A DNA stretch of 63,983 bases, the filler included, from Vicugna vicugna (lineage: Eukaryota), in NCBI GenBank assembly GCA_013265495.1. It is 76 parts of 75 records of this genome, joined end to end, with 100 filler letters (N's around TTAATTAATTAA, not from the genome) between each part and the next. Parts side by side here need not be neighbours in the genome. Positions count along the whole stretch, not along the records: positions 13,298 to 13,862 come from PNXW01022462.1; positions 13,963 to 14,858 come from MU062116.1; positions 14,959 to 15,432 come from PNXW01022468.1; positions 15,533 to 16,460 come from MU062117.1; positions 16,561 to 17,052 come from PNXW01022497.1; positions 17,153 to 17,954 come from MU062122.1; positions 18,055 to 18,534 come from PNXW01022505.1; positions 18,635 to 19,116 come from PNXW01022509.1; 68 more parts are not named here. The stretch is one strand, 5' to 3'. The notes beneath the pieces are model-generated. The model was given only the letters and a program-made list of their open reading frames with translations, searched no databases and was not told the DNA's origin. This document shows, piece by piece, positions 13,198 to 24,902 of the stretch (within the stretch, counting starts at the first letter, position 1; every line of letters begins with the position of its first letter). The position numbers were made by a program, and so were the translations under genes.

Positions 13198-13297
13198 NNN
13201 NNNNNNNNNNNNNNNNNNNNNNNNNNNNNNNNNNNNNNNNNTTAATTAATTAANNNNNNNNNNNNNNNNNNNNNNNNNNNNNNNNNNNNNNNNNNNN

Positions 13298-13862
13298 GGT
13301 GTTAGGAAAAGATTGTGAAAATGGGTACACGTGTCAAGATGTTAATATTGTATGTATAGAGGGTGAAAGATCAGTAATCCACATGCTCTAAACTCAGGAA
13401 TGCATGTTTGTCGAATCCGTCATGCATGTAGCATGTACGGAACACTGAATATTATTTAGATGGAATCTATTCAAATTACATATCTCTAGGGTAGATTTCG
13501 CTCCAAGAGGGTTTTTCTGGGATGAAAGTGTGATTCTTGAAACTGGTGAAAGGAAGAAGCAACGAAGTTTAAGTAAATATTTCAAAGTACATGAGTAACT
13601 TGTTTGGTGGTTGAAATATCTGTCGTTTGCATGCTCACAGCTCAGAAATGCAATTTGAGGAATCCGTGATGCATGAAACATGTTCGGAATACGGAATGCC
13701 ATGGTTAAAACAATGTAAATTACATGTGTATTGGTGAGAATTCACTCAAAGACTGTTTTCTAGTGCCAAATGTCTTATTTTAGAACCTAGTGATACAAAA
13801 ATCCTATGAAGTCAGAATAAGTATTTCAAAGTGTATATATGCCTTGTTTGGTGGATGAAAGT
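13298..13862. repeat. Satellite C
   Basis: gaatccgt landmark at 13413 and 13660 (247 bp apart). Confidence 0.92.
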
Positions 13863-13962
13863 NNNNNNNNNNNNNNNNNNNNNNNNNNNNNNNNNNNNNN
13901 NNNNNNTTAATTAATTAANNNNNNNNNNNNNNNNNNNNNNNNNNNNNNNNNNNNNNNNNNNN

Positions 13963-14813
13963 GCACCAGGGTCAAAATTGGGGGTAGGGTATGGGAATGG
14001 GTTAGGGTTACGGTCAGTGTGACAGTATTGGTGAGAGTTAGGGAAAGGGTTAGGGTATGGATTAGGATACGAGATCGAGTTAGAGTACAGGTTAGGATAG
14101 GAGTTTGGGAACAGGTTAAGTTCAGAGTATGGGTAAGGTTTGGGTTAGGGTACAACATAGGTAATGCATTAGGGAACAAAAAGGGTTAGGGTTAGACTCA
14201 GGGTTAGGGTTAGGGNNNNNNNNNNNNNNNNNNNNNNNNNNNNNNNNNNNNNNNNNNNNNNNNNNNNNNNNNNNNNNNNNNNNNNNNNNNNNNNNNNNNN
14301 NNNNNNNNNNNNNNNNNNNNNNNNNNNNNNNNNNNNNNNNNNNNNNNNNNNNNNNNNNNNNNNNNNNNNNNNNNNNNNNNNNNNNNNNNNNNNNNNNNNN
14401 NNNNNNNNNNNNNNNNNNNNNNNNNNNNNNNNNNNNNNNNNNNNNNNNNNNNNNNNNNNNNNNNNNNNNNNNNNNNNNNNNNNNNNNNNNNNNNNNNNNN
14501 NNNNNNNNNNNNNNNNNNNNNNNNNNNNNNNNNNNNNNNNNNNNNNNNNNNNNNNNNNNNNNNNNNNNNNNNNNNNNNNNNNNNNNNNNNNNNNNNNNNN
14601 NNNNNNNNNNNNNNNNNNNNNNNNNNNNNNNNNNNNNNNNNNNNNNNNNNNNNNNNNNNNNNNNNNNNNNNNNNNNNNNNNNNNNNNNNNNNNNNNNNNN
14701 NNNNNNNNNNNNNNNNNNNNNNNNNNNNNNNNNNNNNNNGTCAGGGTCAGGGTCAGGGTCAGACTCAGGGTCAGACTCAGGGTCAGGGTCAGGGTCAGGG
14801 TCAGACTCAGGGA

Positions 14814-14853
<40 letters not shown>

Positions 14854-14858
14854 GGTCA
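13963..14858 (+). repeat. Telomere-like array: degenerate hexamers, TCAGGG/TCAGAC variants and canonical TTAGGG
   Basis: Hexamer-phased degenerate repeats at 13963-14180, TTAGGG near 14185-14215, TCAGGG and TCAGAC at 14740-14811, and TTAGGG at 14819-14855. Confidence 0.93.
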
Positions 14859-14958
14859 NNNNNNNNNNNNNNNNNNNNNNNNNNNNNNNNNNNNNNNNNN
14901 NNTTAATTAATTAANNNNNNNNNNNNNNNNNNNNNNNNNNNNNNNNNNNNNNNNNNNN

Positions 14959-15432
14959 CGGAATGCCATGTTGATGGAATTCATTTAAATTACATATCTG
15001 AGGGGCAATTCGCTCCAGAAATGATTTTCTGTGAAAAAATGCACGAACACGAACCTGGTGTTAGGGAAAGCTTGTGAAAATTTGTACTCGTGTCTAGATG
15101 AAAATATTCCTTTTATAGAGGTTGAATGATTTGTAATCCACATGCTCTCAACTCAGGAATGCATGATTGTCGAATCCGTTATGTATGAAGCATGTACGGA
15201 ACACGGAATATCATGTAGATGGAATCTATTTAAATTTCATATCTCTAGTGTAGAATCCGCTCCAAAAGGGTTTTTCTGGGATCAAACTGTGATTCTTTCA
15301 ACTGGTGATAGGAAGAAGCTACGAAGTCAAAATAAATATTTCAGAGTGCATAGTTAACTTTTTTGGTGGTTAAAACAGCAGATCAAACGCATGTTCACAA
15401 GTCAGAAATTCATGTTTGAGGAATCCGTGATG
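14959..15432. repeat. Satellite C
   Basis: gaatccgt landmark at 15172 and 15421 (249 bp apart). Confidence 0.92.
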
Positions 15433-16560
15433 NNNNNNNNNNNNNNNNNNNNNNNNNNNNNNNNNNNNNNNNNNNNTTAATTAATTAANNNNNNNNNNNN
15501 NNNNNNNNNNNNNNNNNNNNNNNNNNNNNNNNTTACATTAATAATATGTAACTCCAACAAATGGGCTTTGAGAACTACCCCCACAGACATCAGTTCACCG
15601 TCTTTTCCTCATAGGCACACATTCCTGTTTACTGAATTTTATTAAACCCACAGAAGGCGTGACCCTCCTGCCTTACCGACAGTAAGTTACCTTAGACAAT
15701 GGAGGCAGCCCCACCAGCCACTCCCTGCCCCTCCCAGGAAGCGGCCGAACTTCACCCCCACTGAAGTCTCAGACAGAAAGGGGTGTGTGGGTGGGATGAG
15801 TGGTGGGTGGTAAGTTCCACACTGTGGAACATTCTCCCTCTTTCTCATTAGAGGCTTAAGTTCAGAGTTCTTCACATATTCAATCTGGTGTTTAAATCCT
15901 TCCAACAGGCTCCCATCTCACAATAAAAATGAGGATATTCCAATGGTCTTCGGGGACCCGAGACAACCTGTCGTCCCCTGCCTCCTGGACTGCAGCTCCT
16001 ACGGCTCCCCCAACCCGTCCCACGCACTCCCTTCCTGCCACTCAGGACTCTGGCTGCTCCTCCTCAGTCTGAAAATGGGACCCCAGTGCCAGACTCGAAC
16101 ATCACAGAGCGCCCCACTTCCTCTGTACTGGACAAACTTAGANNNNNNNNNNNNNNNNNNNNNNNNNNNNNNNNNNNNNNNNNNNNNNNNNNNNNNNNNN
16201 NAAAATGTTCAAAGTAAATTACAAATAGAACAGGGGAGACTAAGTCAAACACAGTTTTGCTAAAATTTACATTTGTCCCAAATTATGACTGAATGATAAG
16301 TAGATGCCTTTAAGGAGTGGAGAGGACATAACAATACATGATTTGAGACGGAAGTATTTCTAAATTTAATTCCAATTGACATGAATAAAAATAAAGTTAT
16401 ACCAACCATACCAAAGTATGAAAAGCTACTGAAGGAAAAGTACTGCAAGATACAGCATTTNNNNNNNNNNNNNNNNNNNNNNNNNNNNNNNNNNNNNNNN
16501 NNNNTTAATTAATTAANNNNNNNNNNNNNNNNNNNNNNNNNNNNNNNNNNNNNNNNNNNN

Positions 16561-17052
16561 GATATCCCAGTGACAGAGGCTGCCTCCCCAAGGTCAGTTA
16601 ATGTAGTTCTCGGACTTCCCCGAACAATGAACACCTGTGATTGTAGAGAGCTGCGTGGAGTTGCCTCTCGAACTCCCCCACTCACTGACAATGGTTCCGG
16701 ATTCCTAAGCGTGGGGAGGTTCCACCAACGGTCGGCAGCGCGTGGTCCCTAACGGAAAGCCTAAGCTCGTCTCCCCTGAGGGTTTTCCTTATGTCTCTTT
16801 GCCAGGGAATGCTAGGGGGGCTTGCAGGCTATCCCAGTGACAGAGGCTGCCTCCACAAGGTCAGGGAAGGTATTTCTCGGACTTCCCCGAACAGGGAACA
16901 CCTGTGACTGAAGAGAGCTTCGTGAAGTTGTCTCTCGAGATCCCCCACGCACTGACAATGAGAGCTGAGCGAGGTTCCACCAAATATCGGCAGCGCGTGG
17001 CTTCTATCGGAAAACCTAAGTTCGTCTCCCCTGAGGGTTTTCCTAATGTCTC
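16561..17052. repeat. Satellite A, reverse orientation
   Basis: gatatcccagtgacagaggctgcctccccaagg; the second monomer has a short deletion around ggttccggaatcc. Confidence 0.93.
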
Positions 17053-17152
17053 NNNNNNNNNNNNNNNNNNNNNNNNNNNNNNNNNNNNNNNNNNNNTTAA
17101 TTAATTAANNNNNNNNNNNNNNNNNNNNNNNNNNNNNNNNNNNNNNNNNNNN

Positions 17153-17954
17153 ACGTGGAGTTGTCTCTCGAACTCCCCCAAGCAATGATAATGGTTCTGG
17201 AATCATGACCGAGGGGAGGTTCCACCAACGGTCGGTAGCGCGTGGGTTCTAACGGAATGCCTAAGCTCGTCTCCCCTGAGGGTTTTCCTAATGTCTCTGT
17301 GCCAGGGAATGCTTAGGGTGATTGCAGGATAACCCAGTGTCAGTGGCGGCCTCCCCAAGTTCAGGGAAGTTATTTCTCAGACTTCCCTGAACAGGGAACA
17401 CCTGTGACAGAAGAGAGCTGCGTGGAGTTGTCTCTCGAGCTCCCTCACGCACTGAGAGTAGTTCCGGAATCCTGAGCGTGGGGAGGTTCCACCAACGGTC
17501 GGCAGCGCGTGGGTTCTAACGGAATGCCTAAGCTCGTCTCCCCTGAGGCTTTTCCTAATGACTCTGTGCCGGGGAATGCTAGGGGTGATTGCAGGATATC
17601 CCAGTGTCAGAGGCTGNNNNNNNNNNNNNNNNNNNNNNNNNNNNNNNNNNNNNNNNNNNNNNNNNNNNNNNNNNNNNNNNNNNNNNNNNNNNNNNNNNNN
17701 NNNNNNNNNNNNNNNNNNNNTGGTTCCGGAATCCTGAGCGTGGGGAGGTACCACCAACGGTCGGCAGCGCGTGGAATTTAACGGAATGCCTAAGCTCGTC
17801 TCCCCTGAGGGTTTTCCTAATGTCTGTGTGCCAGGGAATGCTAGGGGTGATTGCAGGATATTCCAGTGTCAGAGGCTGCCTCTCCAAGCCCAGTGAAGGT
17901 ATTTCTCGGACTTCCACGAAAGGGAACACTTGTGACTGAAGAGAGCTGCGTGGA
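17153..17954. repeat. Satellite A, reverse orientation (~3 monomers)
   Basis: Repeated gttccggaatcctgagcgtggggagg...ggaatgcctaagctcgtctcccctgagg. Confidence 0.95.
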
Positions 17955-18054
17955 NNNNNNNNNNNNNNNNNNNNNNNNNNNNNNNNNNNNNNNNNNNNTT
18001 AATTAATTAANNNNNNNNNNNNNNNNNNNNNNNNNNNNNNNNNNNNNNNNNNNN

Positions 18055-18534
18055 GAAACTTGCTGAAAGCCAAGAAAGAGTCATCTATGCAAATTCAGGT
18101 AGTACACAGCGTCCAAAGGATGTGGAATCCCTATAGACCTACCAGCAGCGGTATGATTCAAATCAACAAAGTTCACGAATATCCCATTGATTTAAAATGC
18201 ACCTGGAGGAAACAACATATTCACAATTGAACCTCCAGAGAGGTTTCAGCTGATATCTCGGCAGCAATATTGCAGGACAGGGAGGAGTGCCAGGACATAA
18301 TTCACATCCTGAATGACCTGAATGGGGCTGCCATCTAGGGTAGCCTATGACACATGACCGCCATTTCTAATAACGGCAAAACTAGAGATTTCCACAGACC
18401 GGCAAATCTTAAAAGAATTCAGCAGTTCAAATCTTATCCTACATAAATGGTTGAGAAATCTACCCTGAATAAAAAATCAGCAAGGTGATGTTGAAAGAAG
18501 AGACCTTTATTGGAAATGCAAGAAGAGCATGAGT
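18055..18534 (+). mobile_element. Highly decayed L1 ORF1 3' half; part of a multi-copy unit
   Basis: tcagctgatatctcggcagcaatattgcaggacagggaggagtg and aaaagaattcagcag...tatccta are colinear with the recalled L1 ORF1 C-terminal region. Region 18359-18534 matches 42331-42506. Confidence 0.75.
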
Positions 18535-18634
18535 NNNNNNNNNNNNNNNNNNNNNNNNNNNNNNNNNNNNNNNNNNNNTTAATTAATTAANNNNNNNNNN
18601 NNNNNNNNNNNNNNNNNNNNNNNNNNNNNNNNNN

Positions 18635-19116
18635 ACAAAAGAATATCTGTAAGGAAACAGAGGTATTAATGGCATATTAAATCATTTGAACCTAACTCAG
18701 GTATTGGACACTGCATCAGAAAAGGAGAACACATAAACTTCTCAAGTGTGCACAGGATGTTATCTAAGGAATTAACCACATATTATGTCATAAAATGAGC
18801 CTCAGGAACTTTAAGCAAATACAGATTACAGCAAATATTTCTCCATACATAAAATTATGGAAATATGCATGAACTCTAGAAAGAAGAACAAGATAACAAA
18901 GATAAGCACAAATATGAGATTAAACCTCATCCTTTAAAAAATAAAATAAAACAAGGTCAATGATGAAATCAAACAGGTAATAAAATCATACCTGGAGACA
19001 AATTACAATGAAATCACAGCTTCATCAAATATATGGGATGCAGCAAAGGCAAATCTAAGAAGGAAGTTTAAAAAAATTGAGGGCTTCTACAAGGAAAAAG
19101 AAAAACCTCACACAAA
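18635..19116 (+). mobile_element. Old LINE-1 ORF2 endonuclease/linker fragment
   Basis: cttctcaagtgtgcacagga, gaaatcaaacaggtaataaaatcatacctggagacaaat, atatgggatgcagcaaaggca. Confidence 0.85.
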
Positions 19117-19216
19117 NNNNNNNNNNNNNNNNNNNNNNNNNNNNNNNNNNNNNNNNNNNNTTAATTAATTAANNNNNNNNNNNNNNNNNNNNNNNNNNNN
19201 NNNNNNNNNNNNNNNN

Positions 19217-19707
19217 TTCAGATCGCGGAATATCATGTAGATTGAGTCTAATCATATTATACATATCTAGGGTAGAATTCGCTCCAAGAGGGTTTTTCTG
19301 GGAACAAATTTTGATTCTGGATACTGGTGACAGGGAGAAGCAAAGAAGTCAAAGTTAATATTCAAATTGCCTTGGTACCCTGTTATGGTTGAAATATCAG
19401 TCATGCGCATGTTCACAACTAAGAAATGCATGTTTGAGGAATCCGTGTTGCATGAAACATGTTCTGAATACGGAATGCCATTGTTAGGTAAACAATGTAA
19501 ATTACATGTGTATTGGTGAGAAGTCAAGATTTTTCTGGAACCAAATGTCTGATTTTAGAACCTGGTGTTAGAAAAAACCTATGAAGTCAGAGTAAATATT
19601 TCTAAGTGTATATATGCCTTGTTTGGTGGATGAAAGGTCAGTAATCCAAGTGCTCACACCTGAGAAACGCATGTTTGCCGATTCCGTCATGCATGAAGCA
19701 TGTACGG
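19217..19707. repeat. Satellite C
   Basis: Shares C landmarks (gaattcgctccaagagggtttttctggg, ggaatccgtg, catgcatg). Confidence 0.92.
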
Positions 19708-19807
19708 NNNNNNNNNNNNNNNNNNNNNNNNNNNNNNNNNNNNNNNNNNNNTTAATTAATTAANNNNNNNNNNNNNNNNNNNNNNNNNNNNNNNNNNNNN
19801 NNNNNNN

Positions 19808-20700
19808 AAATTCAAGAATTCGACAGTGGTGTTAGGGATGGCTTTTGAAAATTAGTACACGTGTCTATATAAAAGTTTTCCTTTTATAGAGGATGAAAGA
19901 TCAGTAATGAACATGCTGTCAACTCAGGAATGCATGTTTGTCGAATCCGTCATGCATGTAGCATGTACTGAGCACGGAATCTCATGTTGATGGAAGCTAT
20001 TTAAATTATATATNNNNNNNNNNNNNNNNNNNNNNNNNNNNNNNNNNNNNNNNNNNNNNNNNNNNNNNNNNNNNNNNNNNNNNNNNNNNNNNNAAGTCCA
20101 AGTAAATATTTCAAAGTGCATAGGTAACTTGTTTGTTGTTTGAAATATGAGTCATTCGCATGTTCACAATTCAGAAATGCATGTTTGAAGAATCCGTGAT
20201 GCATGAAACATTTTCAGAATACGGAATGCCAAGGTTAATTAAACAAAGTAAATTACATGTGTATTGTTGAGAATTCGTTCAAAGAGTTTTTTCTGGTGAC
20301 TAATGTCCTATTTTAAGACCTGCTGATAGAAAAAACTATGATGTCAGAGTAAATATTACTAAGTGTTTATATGCCTTGTTGGTGGATGAAAGATCAATAA
20401 TCCACATGCTCACATGTCAGAAACGCATGTTTGCTGAATCCGTCATGCATATAGCATGTACGGAACCCGGAATGCCATGTTGACGGAATTCATGTAAATT
20501 ACATATCTGTTAGGTGGAAATTGCTCTAGAAGTATTTTTCTGTGAAAAAAGCAAGAGTTCGAAACTGGTGTTAGGGAAAGCTTGTGAAAATGAGTACATG
20601 TGTTTAGATGAAAACATTCCATTTTTAGAGAATGAAAGATCAGTAACCCACATGGACTCAACTCAGGAATGCATGTTTGTCGAATCCATCATGCCTGTAG
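19808..20700. repeat. Satellite C, more than one full ~740-bp trimer
   Basis: gaatcc landmark at 19943, 20190, 20436 and 20682. The same monomer type (aactcaggaatgcatgtttgtcgaatcc) recurs at 19921 and 20660. Confidence 0.93.
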
Positions 20701-20800
20701 NNNNNNNNNNNNNNNNNNNNNNNNNNNNNNNNNNNNNNNNNNNNTTAATTAATTAANNNNNNNNNNNNNNNNNNNNNNNNNNNNNNNNNNNNNNNNNNNN

Positions 20801-21632
20801 AAAATTCCTAGAAGAGAACATAGGCAGAATACTCTTTGACATAAACTGTAGCAATATCTTTTTGGATCGGTCTCCTAAGGCAAAACAAAGAAAAGTAAAA
20901 ATAAACAAGGAACATAATCAAACTTAAACACTTTTGTCCAGCAAAGGAAACCACAGACAGACAAAATGAAAAGACAGCCTATGAAATGGGAGAAAATATT
21001 TGCAATGCAANNNNNNNNNNNNNNNNNNNNNNNNNNNNNNNNNNNNNNNNNNNNNNNNNNNNNNNNNNNNNNNNNNNNNNNNNNNNNNNNNNNNNNNNNN
21101 NNNNNNNNNNNNNNNNNNNNNNNNNNNNNNNNNNNNNNNNNNNNNNNNNNNNNNNNNNNNNNNNNNNNNNNNNNNNNNNNNNNNNNNNNNNNNNNNNNNN
21201 NNNNNNNNNNNNNNNNNNNNNNNNNNNNNNNNNNNNNNNNNNNNNNNNNNNNNNNNNNNNNNNNNNNNNNNNNNNNNNNNNNNNNNNNNNNNNNNNNNNN
21301 NNNNNNNNNNNNNNNNNNNNNNNNNNNNNNNNNNNNNNNNNNNNNNNNNNNNNNNNNNNNNNNNNNNNNNNNNNNNNNNNNNNNNNNNNNNNNNNNNNNN
21401 NNNNNNNNNNNNNNNNGGGTATGTATCAGAAAAAAAAAATTGAAAAGATACATGCATCCCAATGTTGAAAGGAACACTATTGACAATAGCCAAGCAATCC
21501 ATCAACAGATGAATGGATAAAGAAGATATGGGGGGTGTGTGTGTGTGGGGTGTGTGTATTCACATATATGAATATTAATCAGCCATGAAAAAGAATGGAA
21601 TTCTGCCACTTGCAGTAACATGCATGGATGTG
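20801..21632 (+). mobile_element. LINE-1 ORF2 C-terminus/3' UTR fragment
   Basis: ctagaagagaacataggcagaatactctttgacataaa, aaatgggagaaaatatttgcaa, ccatcaacagatgaatggataaagaagat. Confidence 0.92.
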
Positions 21633-23488
21633 NNNNNNNNNNNNNNNNNNNNNNNNNNNNNNNNNNNNNNNNNNNNTTAATTAATTAANNNNNNNNNNNN
21701 NNNNNNNNNNNNNNNNNNNNNNNNNNNNNNNNCTCACCAGACATAGTGAATGTGGAAAGACCAGGGAAGAAAAACAAGAAGCCATTCATAATGTCTTGAA
21801 AATTACGTTGCACACAGGAGAAAATGTTAGCCAAGGTGAGTGTCACATCAACATGATGCCTGAGTGGGATGGGGAAGCTGATCTTCCTCATCAGACATTT
21901 ATGCTGATTTGTTAGATGCCAACACAATTTCCTCATTGGATTTGCTTCTAATATGTATGGAAGAGTTTAGGCTCTACCAAGAGCAGACTAAACATTTTCC
22001 CCTGCTGTCAGGTCACTGGACTGAATGTCCCCACAAGAAGGACATGATTATGTTTCATAGGGAANNNNNNNNNNNNNNNNNNNNNNNNNNNNNNNNNNNN
22101 NNNNNNNCCCATGGAAGGCTGGAGGGGAGGAGGGCGGGACACTAGAAAAACAGCAGGAGTGAGTTCAGATACTGCTGCTCAGGTCGCCAAAGTCAGCAGT
22201 GCTATCTCTAAAGATATGTCATTCTCCCAAAATTTCCATGAGTGAAGGAGCCTTTGAACACTAAGCAGGTTTTTAAGACACAGCAGCACATAATTTACAN
22301 NNNNNNNNNNNNNNNNNNNNNNNNNNNNNNNNNNNNNNNNNNNTTAATTAATTAANNNNNNNNNNNNNNNNNNNNNNNNNNNNNNNNNNNNNNNNNNNNA
22401 GAGGCTCCCTGGTGGAGTTCTAGCCCCACCACTGACCCTGCTCGTTCAGCCTCACATCAGTACCCAGGTCCCCAGTGAACTCAGGGGCCCCCTGACCTGC
22501 TCCTACTTGACACTTGCCTCCAAGATTATTTTGACTGTTTCCCAAGGAAGACTTCCTTCCCTCCAAACTCCTCAATTTGTTCCCCTGTTCCTAGAACATT
22601 CTAGGCTAAGTCAACTTCTGACAATGCTAAGATCTCAAGAAGCAAATATATTTTGCTTACTAATGTGGCTACACACTCCATCCCCTAGACTCACAGTAGT
22701 GCACGTGTTATGAATAAATGAATGATGGGGTGGGTCTCAAAGGGACAGACATACCTGCTCTCGCCCGTCCCGACCCTTCTGTCTGTAGAATATCAGAAGC
22801 AAAACCAGAAGTACCTTTCCTGAAGGTCACTTTCTGATGACACCCTTCACTGTCTATTATGTCAGTTCTAGAAAAACCCAAATTCTTCCAAAGCCCTACA
22901 CCCCGGACACTCTCCAGTGTCCTCCCCAGCAGGGGCTCCCTCCACCCTGGACCACACAGGGCACTCTCCCCGGGTCCCCACAACAAAAGCCTGCAGGCCT
23001 CTGCCTGGGCTGCACCTGTGACCTGAGCCACATTCTTGACTCCTTCTCCTGGCTGACTCTTACTCTGTCCTCACAACTGAATGTAGAGCCCATTTCTTTC
23101 AGGAAGTCCTCTCTGATAATGTCCTTTAGGTCTTGGCTGGGCTCTATGTATAGCAGCAGTACATGGTGATGAACTGGGACTTTGCCCACTACGTTGAGAC
23201 CACGAAATCTTGGGGGCCACATGGGAAGGAGTGAGAGATTAAGTGGGGAAAGCAAAAAGCAAAAATCACAGCCCAAGTCCCAAATTCAAGGATACTTTCT
23301 CAGGAAAAAGTGTAAACTATTTCACACTTGTGCAATTTGGCTCCTATTTTTGTGGATTGTGGACAGCAAGAACTTGGTGTTCTAGTCCNNNNNNNNNNNN
23401 NNNNNNNNNNNNNNNNNNNNNNNNNNNNNNNNTTAATTAATTAANNNNNNNNNNNNNNNNNNNNNNNNNNNNNNNNNNNNNNNNNNNN

Positions 23489-24193
23489 AATATAGAATAC
23501 GGAATGCAGAATATAGAATTTAGAATATAGAATTAAGAATACAATATATAGAATATAGGATAGGGAACATAAAACACAGAATTTAGAAAATGGAATGAAG
23601 AACATAGAATTTAGAATATAGAATTAAGAATACAATATATAGAATATAGGATAGGGAACATAAAACACAGAATTTAGAAAATGGAATGAAGAACATAGAA
23701 TTTAGAATATAGAATTAAGAATACAATATATAGAATATAGGATAGGGAACATAAAACACAGAATTTAGAAAATGGAATGAAGAACATAGAATTTAGAATA
23801 TAGAATAGAGAATATAGAAGCCAGAATTTAGAACATGGAATGCAGAACACAGAATTTGGATAATAAATACGGAATACTGAATGTAGAATTTTGAATATAA
23901 AATGAAGAACACAGGATATATAATAGAGTATACAGAAGCCAGAATTTAAAACATGGATCCAGAACACAGAATTTAGAATATAGAACACAGAATACTGAAT
24001 ATAGTATTTTGAATATAGAATGTAGAACACAGAACAAAGAATATAGAATAGGGAAAGCAGAATATACAATGTAGAATAAAGTATAGAATATAGAATAGAG
24101 AATATACAACACAGAATTTAGAACATTGGATGCAGAACATAGTATTAAGAATATAGAATACAGGATACTGAATATACAATTTAGAATATAGAA
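23489..24193. repeat. Satellite E (purine strand, ATAGAAT-type heptamers)
   Basis: 7-bp periodic AGAA; includes a 91-bp perfect tandem triplication. Confidence 0.93.
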
Positions 24194-24293
24194 NNNNNNN
24201 NNNNNNNNNNNNNNNNNNNNNNNNNNNNNNNNNNNNNTTAATTAATTAANNNNNNNNNNNNNNNNNNNNNNNNNNNNNNNNNNNNNNNNNNNN

Positions 24294-24802
24294 CCAGGGA
24301 ATGCTAGGGGGGTTTACAGGTTATCCCAGTGAAAGAGGTTGCCTCCCCAAGTTCAGCGAGTTTATTTCTCGGACTTCCCCGAACAGGGAACACCTGTGAA
24401 TGAAGAGAGCTGCGTGGAGTTGTCTCTCGAGCTCCCCCACGCACTGACAATGGTTCCGGAATCCTGAGCGTGGGGAGGTTCCACCAACGGTCGNNNNNNN
24501 NNNNNNNNNNNNNNNNNNNNNNNNNNNNNNNNNNNNNNNNNNNNNNNNNNNNNNNNNNNNNNNNNNNNNNNNNNNNNNNNNNNNNNNNNNNNNGCTGCCT
24601 CCCCAAAGTCAGGGAAGATATTTCTCGGAATTCCCCGAACAGGGAACACCTGTGACTGGGGAGAGCTGCGTGGAGTTGTCTCTCGAGCTCCCCCACGCAC
24701 TGAAAATGGTTCCGGAATCCTGAGCGTGGGGAGGTTCCACGAACGGTCTGCAGGGCATGGGTTCTAGTGGAAAGCCTAAGCTCGTCTCCCCTGAGGGTTT
24801 TC
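24294..24802. repeat. Satellite A, reverse orientation
   Basis: A consensus landmarks present. Confidence 0.93.
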
Positions 24803-24902
24803 NNNNNNNNNNNNNNNNNNNNNNNNNNNNNNNNNNNNNNNNNNNNTTAATTAATTAANNNNNNNNNNNNNNNNNNNNNNNNNNNNNNNNNNNNNNNNNN
24901 NN

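Noticed and set aside
22400..23388. Overlapping 100-126 aa ORFs in GC-rich unique scaffolds (also 8434-8936 and 63225-63701)
   Set aside because: No recognisable protein motifs or convincing exon structure. Such ORF lengths are expected in GC-rich non-coding DNA.
23674..24179. Hydrophobic Y/I/L/F/S/C-rich ORFs resembling membrane proteins (also 218-541 and 49653-49841)
   Set aside because: These are translations of the heptamer satellite's pyrimidine strand.
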